From NCBI GenBank assembly GCA_043738925.1, contig JAYUFA010000311.1:1-33424 (forward strand): 33,424 nucleotides of DNA, given 5' to 3'. This document shows positions 1 to 9,736 of this stretch, in pieces; position 1 is the first letter of the stretch; each line of letters opens with the position of its first letter. Below the pieces are notes generated by a model. That model searched no databases, had not been told where the DNA came from, and worked only from the letters and a program-made list of their open reading frames with translations. This DNA comes from Actinomycetota bacterium (lineage in GTDB: Bacteria; Actinomycetota; Acidimicrobiia; Acidimicrobiales; WLNW01). Both the position numbers and the translations under genes were made by a program.

Positions 1-417
1 ACATTGCTCGCACGCCGAATGCACGACGTCGACGTCGTCGTCGTCAGCGCATGGCACTTCCTCATCGGCGGTGCCGGACTCTCGATCCTTGCGTTCATGA
101 GCGAAGGAGCACCGTCGGTCAGTTGGACACCCCGATTCATTGCAACACTGGCGTTCCTCGCGCTCGTCGGCACAGCCGGCGCATCCGTTCTGTGGCTCAC
201 CGAAGTCCGACGTGCGCCCCTTGCCGCTGTCGCCCTCTGGACATTTCTCACGCCCGTGTTCGGTCTGACCTTTAGCGCCATCGCGCTTCGTGAGTACCCA
301 TCAACCCGGGAACTGATAGGGATCGCGCTTGTCCTTGCCGGCTTGGCTGGTGGTCTCGGGTGGCGTGGTCGGACCGCAGCACGAATCAGTAGTCACCGCC
401 GATGCCAAGCGCTGTGA
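1..417 (+). CDS. EamA/DMT family transporter, 5'-truncated by window edge
   Basis: Open from base 1; hydrophobic helices with typical EamA C-terminal repeat (LAFLALVGTA..., FLTPVFG..., E-x-PS..ELIGIALVLAG). Confidence 0.8.
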   Translation, partial: TLLARRMHDVDVVVVSAWHFLIGGAGLSILAFMSEGAPSVSWTPRFIATLAFLALVGTAGASVLWLTEVRRAPLAAVALWTFLTPVFGLTFSAIALREYPSTRELIGIALVLAGLAGGLGWRGRTAARISSHRRCQAL

Positions 418-524
418 GAGCGCTCATTGTGAACCGAAATAGTCCGTTGACCACACCACTCAGTTCGACCAGCGGGGCAAGCGACCGATCTAAGCAAAAC
501 AAGCAATAGTGGAGGAAAGAGCAA

Positions 525-1910
525 ATGCCGTACCAAAGCGTCAACCCATACAACGGTCAGGTCTTGGAAACCTTCGACGAACTCAGCGACGAGCAACTCG
601 AGACGGCTATCGCCCGTGCGGCGGACTGTTTCGAATCCTGGCGAACGACGACCTTCGCCGAACGCGCCGCGGTGGCGGCACGGGCGGCTGCGATCATGCG
701 TGCCCGTGTCGATGATTTCGCTCGGCCGGTGACGTTGGAAATGGGCAAGCGAATTGAAGAGTCCCGCGGCGAGGTGGCGTTGAGCGCGGACATCCTCGAC
801 TACTACGCCGAGCACGCCGAAGCCTTCCTCGCACCGCAAAAACTCGATCCCAGCGTCGGCGAGGCACGGGTCGAGAACTGCCCGCTCGGCGTCCTCTTCG
901 GTGTCGAACCGTGGAACTTCCCGTACTACCAGTTGGCCCGCTTCGCCGCACCGAACCTGATGGCGGGCAACGTCGTGATGGTCAAGCACGCCGCCTGTGT
1001 TCCGCGCACCGCCGCCTTGTTCGAGGAGTTGTGGTTGGAAGCAGGTGCGCCGGCGGGTGCGTACACGAACCTGAGGATCTCCTACGATCAGGTGAACCGG
1101 GTGATTGATGACCCGAGGATTAAGGGCGTCGCGTTGACCGGCAGTATAGAAGCCGGCAGGACGGTCGCCGGCCGGGCCGGGCAGAACCTGAAGAAATCGA
1201 CGATGGAACTGGGCGGCAGCGACGCGTTCATCGTTCTCGAGGACGCCGACCTCGACAAGGCAGTCACGTGGGCGGTGTGGGCCAAGATGAACAACACGGG
1301 CCAATGCTGTGTCGCTGCGAAACGATTCATCGTCGTTGAAGAACTCGCCGACCGGTTCTTGGAAAAGTTCCAGGCGGCATTGGCAGCGCTGGAACCCGGC
1401 GACCCGATGAACGAGACGACGACTCTCGGACCGCTGTCGACAGAAGCAGCGCTTGTCAAACTGGTGGACCAGGTCGACCGTGCCGTGACGGCGGGTGCCA
1501 GCGTGGTGATGGGTGGCAAACGAATCGATCGGCCGGGAGCGTTCATGCAACCCACCATCCTTGGTGACATCAAGCCCGACAATCCTGCATACCGCGAGGA
1601 GTTCTTCGGACCGGTCGCCCTGTTCTTCCGGGTCAGCAGCGAAGACGAGGCCGTGGCGCTCGCCAACGACTCCGATTTCGGGTTGGGCGGTTCGGTGTTC
1701 ACGAACGACATTGAGCGCGGCAAGAGGGTGGCGAGCCGCATGGACACGGGCATGGTGTTCGTCAATCACCCGACTTGGACGGCACCTGATCTCCCGTTCG
1801 GTGGGATCCAGAACTCCGGCTACGGGCGCGAGTTGTCGGCGATGGGCATCCAAGAGTTCGTCAACAAGAAGCTGGTTCGTGTCGTGTCGATCGACGAGAC
1901 CAAGCCATGA
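525..1910 (+). CDS. gabD: NAD(P)-dependent succinate-semialdehyde dehydrogenase (ALDH superfamily)
   Basis: ALDH motifs PWNFP, VKHA, TGS, catalytic Glu in ELGGSD, catalytic Cys in NTGQCCVAAKR, EEFFGPV, PFGG..SGYGRE; GGAGGA RBS at 511-516. Confidence 0.9.
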   Translation: MPYQSVNPYNGQVLETFDELSDEQLETAIARAADCFESWRTTTFAERAAVAARAAAIMRARVDDFARPVTLEMGKRIEESRGEVALSADILDYYAEHAEAFLAPQKLDPSVGEARVENCPLGVLFGVEPWNFPYYQLARFAAPNLMAGNVVMVKHAACVPRTAALFEELWLEAGAPAGAYTNLRISYDQVNRVIDDPRIKGVALTGSIEAGRTVAGRAGQNLKKSTMELGGSDAFIVLEDADLDKAVTWAVWAKMNNTGQCCVAAKRFIVVEELADRFLEKFQAALAALEPGDPMNETTTLGPLSTEAALVKLVDQVDRAVTAGASVVMGGKRIDRPGAFMQPTILGDIKPDNPAYREEFFGPVALFFRVSSEDEAVALANDSDFGLGGSVFTNDIERGKRVASRMDTGMVFVNHPTWTAPDLPFGGIQNSGYGRELSAMGIQEFVNKKLVRVVSIDETKP

Positions 1911-3094
1911 GCAACTCGGATCCTGGGATCATCATCGTCACCGGCTCCAACGGTCGCATCGGCGAGGCCGTGATGCGCCGGTTGGCCGGCCGCCTCGGTG
2001 ACGTGGTCGGCTTCGACCGCACAGCACCGAGCCCGCCACCACCGCATTGCGTGTACGTTCCGGTCGACATCACCTCCGATCAGAGCGTCAGCGATGGGCT
2101 CCGCACCATCCGCGACCACCACGGAGCGCATGTCGTTTCGGTCGTGCATCTCGCTGCGTATTACGACTTCTTCGGCAAGCCCAGCACGAAGTACGAGGAG
2201 ATCACCGTCAATGGCACGCGCCGCATCCTGCGCGGGCTCCACGACTTCGAGTTCGACGTGGAGCAGTTCATCTTTTCCAGCACGATGCTCGTGCACCGGC
2301 CAGGAGAACCAGGCCAGTTCATCTCTGAGGACTCGCCCGTCGAACCGACCTGGGCCTACCCCGCGTCGAAGGTTCGTACCGAGCAGGTGATCCATGACGA
2401 ACGAGGCGACATCCCGGCTGTGCTATTGCGAATCGCTGGCGTTTATGACGACGCCGGCCACTCGATCCCGCTGGTTAATCAGATCAAACGGATCAACGAG
2501 CGCTCCCTGACCAGCCGGTTCTACTCCGGATCAACCGCACACGGGCAGTCGTTCATGCACATGGACGACCTCGTCGACGCGATTGAACGCGTCGTGGAAC
2601 GTCGTGCCGAACTCGGTCCGGAACTCGTCGTCCTGCTCGGAGAGGCGGAACCGCTCAGCTACGACGAGGTCCAGCACACGATCGGCCGTCTCATCCGTGG
2701 TGTCAGCACCGAAACCATATCGATCCCCACCATGTTCGCGCCTGTCGCGAAGGTGGGAGCTTGGGCACTTGATCACATCCCCGGCAAAGAAGGTTTCGTC
2801 AAGCCGTGGATGATCGACCGAGCCAACGACCATTACGCCCTCGACCTCACCCGCGCTCGCTCCCTGCTTGGTTGGGAACCGTCGCGCACCTTGCGCTCGA
2901 CCCTGCCGAGGATGGTCGCAGCCATGCAAGCCGACCCCGAGGCCTGGTACCAGGACAACGAACTCACCTTCCCCTCCAAACTCCAAAAGGCCGGACGAAC
3001 GCCAACAAGAACCGACACTGCGATGAACGAGTCGGTGCCAGAACCGCACCCAGCCGACCCCGACCACGCACCTGCAGGAACGAACGCAGCGTGA
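1907..3094 (+). CDS. NAD-dependent epimerase/dehydratase (extended SDR)
   Basis: TGSNGRIG Rossmann motif, HLAAYYDF, FSST, catalytic YPASK (YxxxK); ATGA overlap with upstream stop. Confidence 0.88.
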   Translation: MSNSDPGIIIVTGSNGRIGEAVMRRLAGRLGDVVGFDRTAPSPPPPHCVYVPVDITSDQSVSDGLRTIRDHHGAHVVSVVHLAAYYDFFGKPSTKYEEITVNGTRRILRGLHDFEFDVEQFIFSSTMLVHRPGEPGQFISEDSPVEPTWAYPASKVRTEQVIHDERGDIPAVLLRIAGVYDDAGHSIPLVNQIKRINERSLTSRFYSGSTAHGQSFMHMDDLVDAIERVVERRAELGPELVVLLGEAEPLSYDEVQHTIGRLIRGVSTETISIPTMFAPVAKVGAWALDHIPGKEGFVKPWMIDRANDHYALDLTRARSLLGWEPSRTLRSTLPRMVAAMQADPEAWYQDNELTFPSKLQKAGRTPTRTDTAMNESVPEPHPADPDHAPAGTNAA

Positions 3095-4527
3095 GCACCA
3101 ACACCATCCATCCCGCGGGACACACGCCGCCGAGCCCGACGTCGGCGATGGCAATGCCGACCGACGCCACTCCTGGCCAACACACTCACATGTCGACCAC
3201 CCCAAACGAGGTGGCAATGGCGATGCCGGCGGGTCAGGGTCTGGTGTGGCCGCACTTCGCCAACATGACAATCGGCCTGTGGCTCATCACCAGCGCATTC
3301 GCTGCCGCCTACGACAGCACCAAACTCGAGGTCAGCGACATCGTCGTCGGCATTCTCGTCATCGGGTTCTCCGTGCTCGCGTTGTCTCGTCGCCCGTTCT
3401 GGAAACTGTGGGCACCATGGTCGAACGCTGTGGTCGGATTGTGGTTGCTGTTCGCCCCGCTCGTCTTCTGGGCACCGACAGCCGCCAGCTACGCCAACAA
3501 CACACTCACAGGCGCACTCGTTGTCGTGTTTGCCGTCCTCGCTCCCGGCATGCCAATGGCGCCAGGGATGAAGATGGAACCCGGCCCTGACATCCCGCCC
3601 GGCTGGTCCTACAACCCCTCCAGTTGGCCCCAAAGAGCACCGATCATCGCCCTCGCCCTGATCGCGTTCTTGCTTTCCCGCCAGATGGCCTCGTTCGAAC
3701 TTGGACACACCACCTCGTTTCCCGACCCGTTCTTCGGCAATGGGACCGTACGCGTGCTCACCTCCAAAGTCTCCAAAGCATTCCCGATCCCCGACGCCGG
3801 GCTCGGTGCCGTCGCCTACATGATCGAGTTCCTGATGGGCTTCATGGGCGACAAACGCCGCTGGCGGACCATGCCGTGGATGGTCACCTTCTTCGGGATC
3901 CTCGTCATACCCCTCGGCGTGGCCAGCATCACACTCATCATCCTGCAACCACTCGCTGTCGGAGCATGGTGCACGCCATGCCTGATCGCCGCCGCCGCGA
4001 TGCTGATCATGATCGCACTCACTCTCGACGAAGTCATCGCCATGTGCCAGTTCCTCGCCCAAACCAAACGAGAAGGCAGGCCGTTCTGGCGAACGTTCTG
4101 GCTCGGCGGCACCGTCGGTGAACAAGCACCCGAAGGCCCTGTTCGCGCTGACGTCGTGAGTGTCAAGGCCATGTTCTGGGGCACCGGAGCTCAGTGGAAC
4201 CTCCTCGTTAGCGCGGGGGTGGGCGTGTGGTTGATGTTCGCGCCGGCTGTCCTCAAGCACACCGACACGGCGGCCGACAGCGATCACCTCGTCGGAGCGC
4301 TCATCGTCACCACAGCGGTCATCGCACTGTCCGACGTCGGACGAGCGATCCGGTACTTCAACATCGTCCTCGGAGCCGGGATCACTGCATCGCCATGGCT
4401 CCTCAGCGGCGGCACGCGCTTATCCAAATGGAGCGATGTGATCGCCGGCGCACTCGTCATCGCCCTCAGCATGCGACGAGGACCCGTAGGCGAACGTTAC
4501 GGAACATGGCAGCACCTCATCCGGTGA
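3091..4527 (+). CDS. SPW-repeat / vitamin K epoxide reductase (VKOR)-family membrane protein
   Basis: GTG at 3091 overlaps the upstream TGA (in frame with ORF 2806..4527); SPW-type repeats (GLWLLFAP, GVWLMFAP, ASPW); VKOR-like PIPDAGLG and active-site WCTPC. Confidence 0.85.
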   Translation: MSTNTIHPAGHTPPSPTSAMAMPTDATPGQHTHMSTTPNEVAMAMPAGQGLVWPHFANMTIGLWLITSAFAAAYDSTKLEVSDIVVGILVIGFSVLALSRRPFWKLWAPWSNAVVGLWLLFAPLVFWAPTAASYANNTLTGALVVVFAVLAPGMPMAPGMKMEPGPDIPPGWSYNPSSWPQRAPIIALALIAFLLSRQMASFELGHTTSFPDPFFGNGTVRVLTSKVSKAFPIPDAGLGAVAYMIEFLMGFMGDKRRWRTMPWMVTFFGILVIPLGVASITLIILQPLAVGAWCTPCLIAAAAMLIMIALTLDEVIAMCQFLAQTKREGRPFWRTFWLGGTVGEQAPEGPVRADVVSVKAMFWGTGAQWNLLVSAGVGVWLMFAPAVLKHTDTAADSDHLVGALIVTTAVIALSDVGRAIRYFNIVLGAGITASPWLLSGGTRLSKWSDVIAGALVIALSMRRGPVGERYGTWQHLIR

Positions 4528-4618
4528 GGCAGCCAACCCAGGCCCACCCCGATACACGATGTCCCGGCAACCTGCGCATGTCTCGTGCCCGCCAGTCCAA
4601 CACGTCAGGAACTGAACG

Positions 4619-5293
4619 ATGTGCTTCTCTGCTACTGCGAGTTTCACTGCGGGCGCGACGCTCAGCGCTGTCGGGGCCCTGACGGTCCACAAATCGCAAG
4701 GAAAAATCGAGCTCCCGATAGCGTTGGTACCATTGCTGTTCGGGATCCAACAGCTCACGGAAGGCCTCGTCTGGGTCAGCCTCGGTCACGATCTTCCAAC
4801 GCTGCAGACCGTCGCCACGTACGTCTATTCCATGTTCTCCCACGTCCTGTGGCCGATCTTCGTACCGTTCGCGATTTTGTTGGTGGAAACCAACCGGCGG
4901 CGAAAGCGCGCTCTGGGGGTCTTCCAAGCGCTAGGACTAGCCGTCGGCCTGTATCTCCTCTACTTCCTACTCCGCTTCCCGGTGACAGCCCACGTGCACG
5001 GGCGCAGCATCACGTACGACTCGCCGCACTTTTACATCGTCGTGGTACTCGCCGTCTACCTGCTCGCCACATGTGTCAGCGGCCTGTTCTCCACTCATCG
5101 CTGCATCAACGTGTTCGGTGTGCTTGCCTTCATCCTCGCTATCGCCGCCTACCTGGTCTCGGTGACGACATTCGTGTCGGTCTGGTGCTTCTACGCCGCC
5201 ATTCTCAGTCTCCTTATCTACGTACACTTCACCGGACCAATGCAGGCATGCCGGATCAGCCCCGCCGTATCGCCCGAACGAGTCGCGCCCTGA
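4619..5293 (+). CDS. DUF6629-like multi-pass membrane protein
   Basis: Characteristic MCFSATASF N-terminus, PLLFGIQQLTEG, SVWCFYAA; about 7 TM segments. Confidence 0.75.
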   Translation: MCFSATASFTAGATLSAVGALTVHKSQGKIELPIALVPLLFGIQQLTEGLVWVSLGHDLPTLQTVATYVYSMFSHVLWPIFVPFAILLVETNRRRKRALGVFQALGLAVGLYLLYFLLRFPVTAHVHGRSITYDSPHFYIVVVLAVYLLATCVSGLFSTHRCINVFGVLAFILAIAAYLVSVTTFVSVWCFYAAILSLLIYVHFTGPMQACRISPAVSPERVAP

Positions 5294-5461
5294 CCAGACA
5301 CCCCGGAAGCCTCGCGAGCCGAAATAGCGCAGGGGACAGACGACCCGGCCGCTCTGGTGGTGTCCGTAGTTAGCCGCAACCTGTTCCGGGATTCGCCCGG
5401 ATGGCCCGGTCCGCACGACGCGCGATCCTTGACACAGGAGACACATACCTGAGGAAGACTC

Positions 5462-6154
5462 ATGAGCAACCCCATCACCTTGAAACCGAATGACAAGCCC
5501 CCGGACCCGGCGCCTGCAGGGCCCGTCGCAGGATTGACGGCGACCGGGATCATGAAGTCGTACCGGCGCGGCATCTGGCCACGCCGCCGGGAAGTGCCCG
5601 TACTGCGAGGCGCCGATCTGACGGTCGGTCCTGGAGAGGTCGTCGGCCTGGTCGGAGAGAACGGATCCGGCAAGAGCACCCTCATGAAAATCTTGGTTGG
5701 AGCCCTCGCCGCCGATGCTGGCACGGTGGCGGTTTCGGGGCGGATCGGGTATTGCCCGCAGGAACCGGTGCTCTATGAGCGGCTGACGTGCGATGAGCAC
5801 CTTGAACTGTTCGGCGTCGCCTACGGCATGGAAAAACAAGCAGTGAACAGCGCTGCCGAGGCGCTGTACGCCACGCTGGGATTCGACCGTTGGCGGGCGT
5901 CCCAGGTCGCGGAACTCTCCGGTGGCACTCGGGCCAAGCTCAATTTGGCCATCGCACTCCTCGCGGATCCCGAGGTCCTCCTGCTTGACGAACCCTATGC
6001 AGGGTTCGACTGGGACACCTACCTCCGATTTTGGGATCTGACCGCCGAACGGCGTGCGAGCGGACGCAGCGTCGTAGTGATCAGCCACTTCGTCGCCGAC
6101 CAAGAGCGCTTCGACCGCATCGTGCAGCTACGTGACGGGCGGACGGTGCAATGA
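5462..6154 (+). CDS. ABC exporter ATP-binding protein
   Basis: Walker A GENGSGKST, signature LSGGT, Walker B LLLDEP, ISH switch; GAGGA RBS at 5451-5455. Confidence 0.92.
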   Translation: MSNPITLKPNDKPPDPAPAGPVAGLTATGIMKSYRRGIWPRRREVPVLRGADLTVGPGEVVGLVGENGSGKSTLMKILVGALAADAGTVAVSGRIGYCPQEPVLYERLTCDEHLELFGVAYGMEKQAVNSAAEALYATLGFDRWRASQVAELSGGTRAKLNLAIALLADPEVLLLDEPYAGFDWDTYLRFWDLTAERRASGRSVVVISHFVADQERFDRIVQLRDGRTVQ

Positions 6155-7785
6155 CGGGCACGATGACCGTGCTTATCGGAAAGCGGGCGGTAGCCGACTA
6201 CACCCGCCGACCCTTGAATCTCGTCCTGCTGGTCGTCGTTCCTGTCGTGCTCGTCTACGTGTGGGGTCCATCGCTGGCCGACTTCTCCAAACTGTTCGGT
6301 GGCTCCGGTGATCGCGCCCAGATCGAAGCGGCCACCGCCGGGTGGGCAGCCGCAGCACTGGCCGGGCTGGCCGGGTTCTTTCAGGTGACCGGTGCCCGCT
6401 CGACCGATCGGCGACTTGCTGCCGCTGGGGGACGCTCCGCGTCTGTGGTCGCCGGTCGTCTGGGTGCGTCGTTCTGTCTGGCCACGTTGGCTGCGACCGG
6501 AGGTCTCCTAGCCCTCGCAGCGCGCACCGGGATCTCCGACCCGTTTCGGGCAGTATCGGCGACGGTGCTGATCGCAATCATCTATCTCGCCCTCGGCGTT
6601 CTCGTCGGCACGGCCGTAAAGACGGAAATGAACGGTGCCCTGCTCGTCACGTTGGCGTGGGTGTTCGACGTGTTCCTCGGACCAGCGATGGGATCCGGAC
6701 CCTCTTTGGTGACCAGGGTGTTCCCACTGCACTTCCCGACTCTTGTCCTCACCGGGCAGGTCACTGGTCACGCTGGTCCGCTCGGCGATGTTGGCTGGTC
6801 GTTGGTCTGGGCGGTCGGACTCTCGATGCTGGCGATCGTCCGCCTCGCAACCACGACCCGACCATCACCCGCACCGAGCGCCTCGCGAGCGAAGACAGCC
6901 AATAGCGCTGCCCCGGCGGCCAAAGAAGTGGGGCAACCAGCCACGTCGCCTCTCCCCCCGCTCGCCCCGGTGGCCGTCCGGTCGGTGGCGACAAACCGAA
7001 CGATCCCCGCTACCCGACCCGCTCGGGCCAGTGCGCGCCTGATAGCGGTGTTGCGTGCGGGAATGCGTGAGCACCGCCGCAACCGGGTCTTGTGGGCACT
7101 GCTCGTCGTCGTCCCTGCCGTATTCATCGGCATGGCCATCATCGTGACCCTCGACGTGCCTGGACCTATCGCCCTCGTTGAGGGCGGCCGTCATTACACC
7201 GCGCTCATGTCGGAGCGCCGCATCCACGCGGCCACCATGGTTCCGATCGCGTCGGCGTTCCTGGCGGGCCTGACCGGTCTGTTCGTTGTGACGGGCTCTG
7301 CCGGTGGGGATCGGCGGCTGGTGCTGGCCGGGTTCCGACCCCGCGACGTGCTGGCCGGCCGCCTCGGTGTCGTCGCTGCGGCGACCGTGCTTACCACCGC
7401 CGTCGCCGTCGCTATCTCCGGGGCGTGGTACCCGCCCCGCCAATGGATGGTCTTTGCCGCCGCCAACCTGCTCATCGCGCTCACCTACGCGGTGATCGGC
7501 GTCCTGGTCGGCCCGCTGACGGGCCGAATCGGCGGCTTGTACCTGATGCTGCTGCTCGCATTCATCGACGTCGGATTCGGCCAAAACGTCATGTTCCCCG
7601 CCGGGCCCCCGGCATGGGGAACCTACCTTCCCGCGCGCGGCGCCTCACGAGTAATGATCGACGGAGCCTTCACCGAACACTTCGACCAGACCCGCTACCT
7701 CTTACTCGGCCTCGCATGGCTACTCGCGTTGACTGCTGCAACCGGCGAACTCTTCCGACGCCGCACTGCAACATCACGGCGGTGA
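6151..7785 (+). CDS. ABC-2 type exporter permease with two tandem membrane domains
   Basis: Two similar halves (AALAGLAGFF..DRRLAAAG..VVAGRLG and AFLAGLTGLF..DRRLVLAG..VLAGRLG) joined by a Pro/Ala linker; ATGA overlap with ATPase. Confidence 0.82.
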   Translation: MTGTMTVLIGKRAVADYTRRPLNLVLLVVVPVVLVYVWGPSLADFSKLFGGSGDRAQIEAATAGWAAAALAGLAGFFQVTGARSTDRRLAAAGGRSASVVAGRLGASFCLATLAATGGLLALAARTGISDPFRAVSATVLIAIIYLALGVLVGTAVKTEMNGALLVTLAWVFDVFLGPAMGSGPSLVTRVFPLHFPTLVLTGQVTGHAGPLGDVGWSLVWAVGLSMLAIVRLATTTRPSPAPSASRAKTANSAAPAAKEVGQPATSPLPPLAPVAVRSVATNRTIPATRPARASARLIAVLRAGMREHRRNRVLWALLVVVPAVFIGMAIIVTLDVPGPIALVEGGRHYTALMSERRIHAATMVPIASAFLAGLTGLFVVTGSAGGDRRLVLAGFRPRDVLAGRLGVVAAATVLTTAVAVAISGAWYPPRQWMVFAAANLLIALTYAVIGVLVGPLTGRIGGLYLMLLLAFIDVGFGQNVMFPAGPPAWGTYLPARGASRVMIDGAFTEHFDQTRYLLLGLAWLLALTAATGELFRRRTATSRR

Positions 7786-7837
7786 CAGTCGCCCCGAGAA
7801 CGGCTCTTGACCCTCATGCCTTCGGTTTCCGGCCGCC

Positions 7838-8611
7838 TCACTCGTAGGGGTCGGGGGTGATGGTGAGCTTCGTCACCTTTTGCACCGTGAGTGCGGCTCG
7901 GAGGAGTTCGTCGGAGGCGGGGTCGACGGTGGTCGCTTTCCAGGTGCCGTCGACGGTGAGCCAGGTGTCGTCGGGCCATGTTCCGGCTGCACCGAGCAGG
8001 ACAACCTGTATGGGGTAGGCGTCGGCCGCGCAGCATGCGATTTTGAACCGGGTGATAAAAAATCCGCCCGGGGCTGACGCGTCGCGATTCACGAACCCAA
8101 TCAGGCGTATGGGAATGCCTTTGAGGCTTTCTTTGCTGTCGTAGAGACCGCGCTTGGAGAAGTCTGTGAGCGTGAGGGAAACGCGCCCGTTCACCTGGTC
8201 GGGCAGCGGGTCGAATGTGACGTTCTGGGCTTGTTCGAGTCGGGTGGTTTTTACGGCCTGCCGGTTCGCAGCGAACGACCCGAGGGATGTGGGAGCAACC
8301 AACAGCAGCACGGCGAGGGGCAACGCAAGCAGCCATCCCACCGCCGGGCTCGGTCCTGCGGTGTGTCCGTGCCCCTGGTGGCAGTTCTGCTCATCAGCGT
8401 CGCTGGCGGTGAGCGGTCGGCCCCAGGCTCGGATGAGCGTCGCGATGCCGAGGGCCAGGAGCATCAGGGACGCCGCCAGTAACGGTATCTCCATCTTGGG
8501 GCGGATGAACCGGAGGTATTGGCGGCTGACGACGAGGCGAATACCCATCGCCCCGAGTGCGGTGAGGAGCCCGCCCTGGGCGTCCTCGGTGACGCTGAAG
8601 CGGCGGGTCAT
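7838..8611 (-). CDS. TIGR03943/DUF1980 (YcgQ-like) putative permease subunit
   Basis: YLRFIRP, His-rich loop CHQGHGH, RFKIACCAADA, terminal PDPYE; ATG at 8611 overlaps the permease stop (ATGA). Confidence 0.85.
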   Translation of the reverse strand: MTRRFSVTEDAQGGLLTALGAMGIRLVVSRQYLRFIRPKMEIPLLAASLMLLALGIATLIRAWGRPLTASDADEQNCHQGHGHTAGPSPAVGWLLALPLAVLLLVAPTSLGSFAANRQAVKTTRLEQAQNVTFDPLPDQVNGRVSLTLTDFSKRGLYDSKESLKGIPIRLIGFVNRDASAPGGFFITRFKIACCAADAYPIQVVLLGAAGTWPDDTWLTVDGTWKATTVDPASDELLRAALTVQKVTKLTITPDPYE

Positions 8612-9624
8612 AACAACACTGCGCCGACAAGGAGTGCCGTGACCGTGGCTACCAGCAGCGTCATCGGCGCGAACCATGTGGCAAATTTCCGTCCGAAGAC
8701 GCCGGATTGCATGGCGATCAGTTTCAGGTCGACCCCAGGCCCGACGACCAGGAATACCAGACGGGACGTCAGGCTGAATTGGGTGAGGCCCGAGGCAACG
8801 AAGGCATCAGCCTCAGAGCAGATGGACAACAGGACTGCGAGAGCGGCCATGGTGAGCACCGCGGTGACCCCGTGCCCGGCGACCGAGTCGAGCACCCGCC
8901 TCGGCACGAGTACCTGCAGCGCGGCCGCGAACGCTGCGCCGACCATCAGGTAACCGCCTGCGTGCAACAGGTCATGCACCGCGGCGGAACGGAAGCGTTC
9001 CCAGCGGCTTCCGTGTTGGATGACCCGCTTCAGTGCCCGTTCAACCATTTCGGTCTTACCGAAACGAAGCCATAACCACCCCATCACGATCGAGGAAATC
9101 ATCGAGCCAGCGAAGCGGGCCATCCACATATGAGGGTTGTTCGGAAAGGCGATAGCCGTCGAAATCATCACGACCGGGTTCACAGCCGGCGCAGCCAATA
9201 GAAACGTGAGCGCTGCTGCCGGGTGAACTCCGTTGCCCATGAGGCGCCCGGCGATTGGCACCGACCCGCATTCACAGCCCGGCAGCGCGATCCCGCAAAT
9301 CCCGGCTACCGGCACCGCGAGGACTGCACGTTTCGGTAGCAATCGGTTGAGCGAGTTCTCCGAGAGCAGCGCCGCTATAGCGCCCGACAGCGTGACACCG
9401 AGCGCAAGGAAGGGCAGCGCCTGCACACTAATAGCTACGAAGATGGTGGACCATGTGCGCAACGCCTTGTTGTCCAAGGTGTTCGCGAAGACCGGGCGCA
9501 GCGCAACCATCAGAACGAGGAAGAACGCAAGGATCGAAAATCCGTAGCCGCCACGACGCGGCACCGGGTCCGGGTTGAGGACCGGAGCAGACGAATCGTG
9601 CGGCGTGGCAGTAAGAACCATCAT
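8608..9624 (-). CDS. DUF318/ArsP-family (YcgR-like) permease
   Basis: QALPFL..G, PGCECGSVP, AAPAVNP, SICSEADAF, VGPGVDLK motifs. Confidence 0.88.
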   Translation of the reverse strand: MMVLTATPHDSSAPVLNPDPVPRRGGYGFSILAFFLVLMVALRPVFANTLDNKALRTWSTIFVAISVQALPFLALGVTLSGAIAALLSENSLNRLLPKRAVLAVPVAGICGIALPGCECGSVPIAGRLMGNGVHPAAALTFLLAAPAVNPVVMISTAIAFPNNPHMWMARFAGSMISSIVMGWLWLRFGKTEMVERALKRVIQHGSRWERFRSAAVHDLLHAGGYLMVGAAFAAALQVLVPRRVLDSVAGHGVTAVLTMAALAVLLSICSEADAFVASGLTQFSLTSRLVFLVVGPGVDLKLIAMQSGVFGRKFATWFAPMTLLVATVTALLVGAVLL

Positions 9625-9736
9625 CGAATCCTACGTCCTACAGAGTGTAGGTGCATGCACGGCTGCCGTGGCAGCGCAATCGACGTGATGGAGCTCTTTC
9701 GCCGAGCAAAGGTCGGTGTGTCGATGGCGGTTTCGG

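Noticed and set aside
393-1853. 486-aa reverse-strand ORF, and similar long shadow ORFs (2833..4287, 4967..6103, 24386..25558 etc.)
   Set aside because: They overlap well-supported genes in antisense or alternate frames, have no motifs, and are expected in high-GC DNA
5429-5434. Perfect TTGACA -35 upstream of the ABC ATPase
   Set aside because: No plausible -10 hexamer at 16-19 nt spacing
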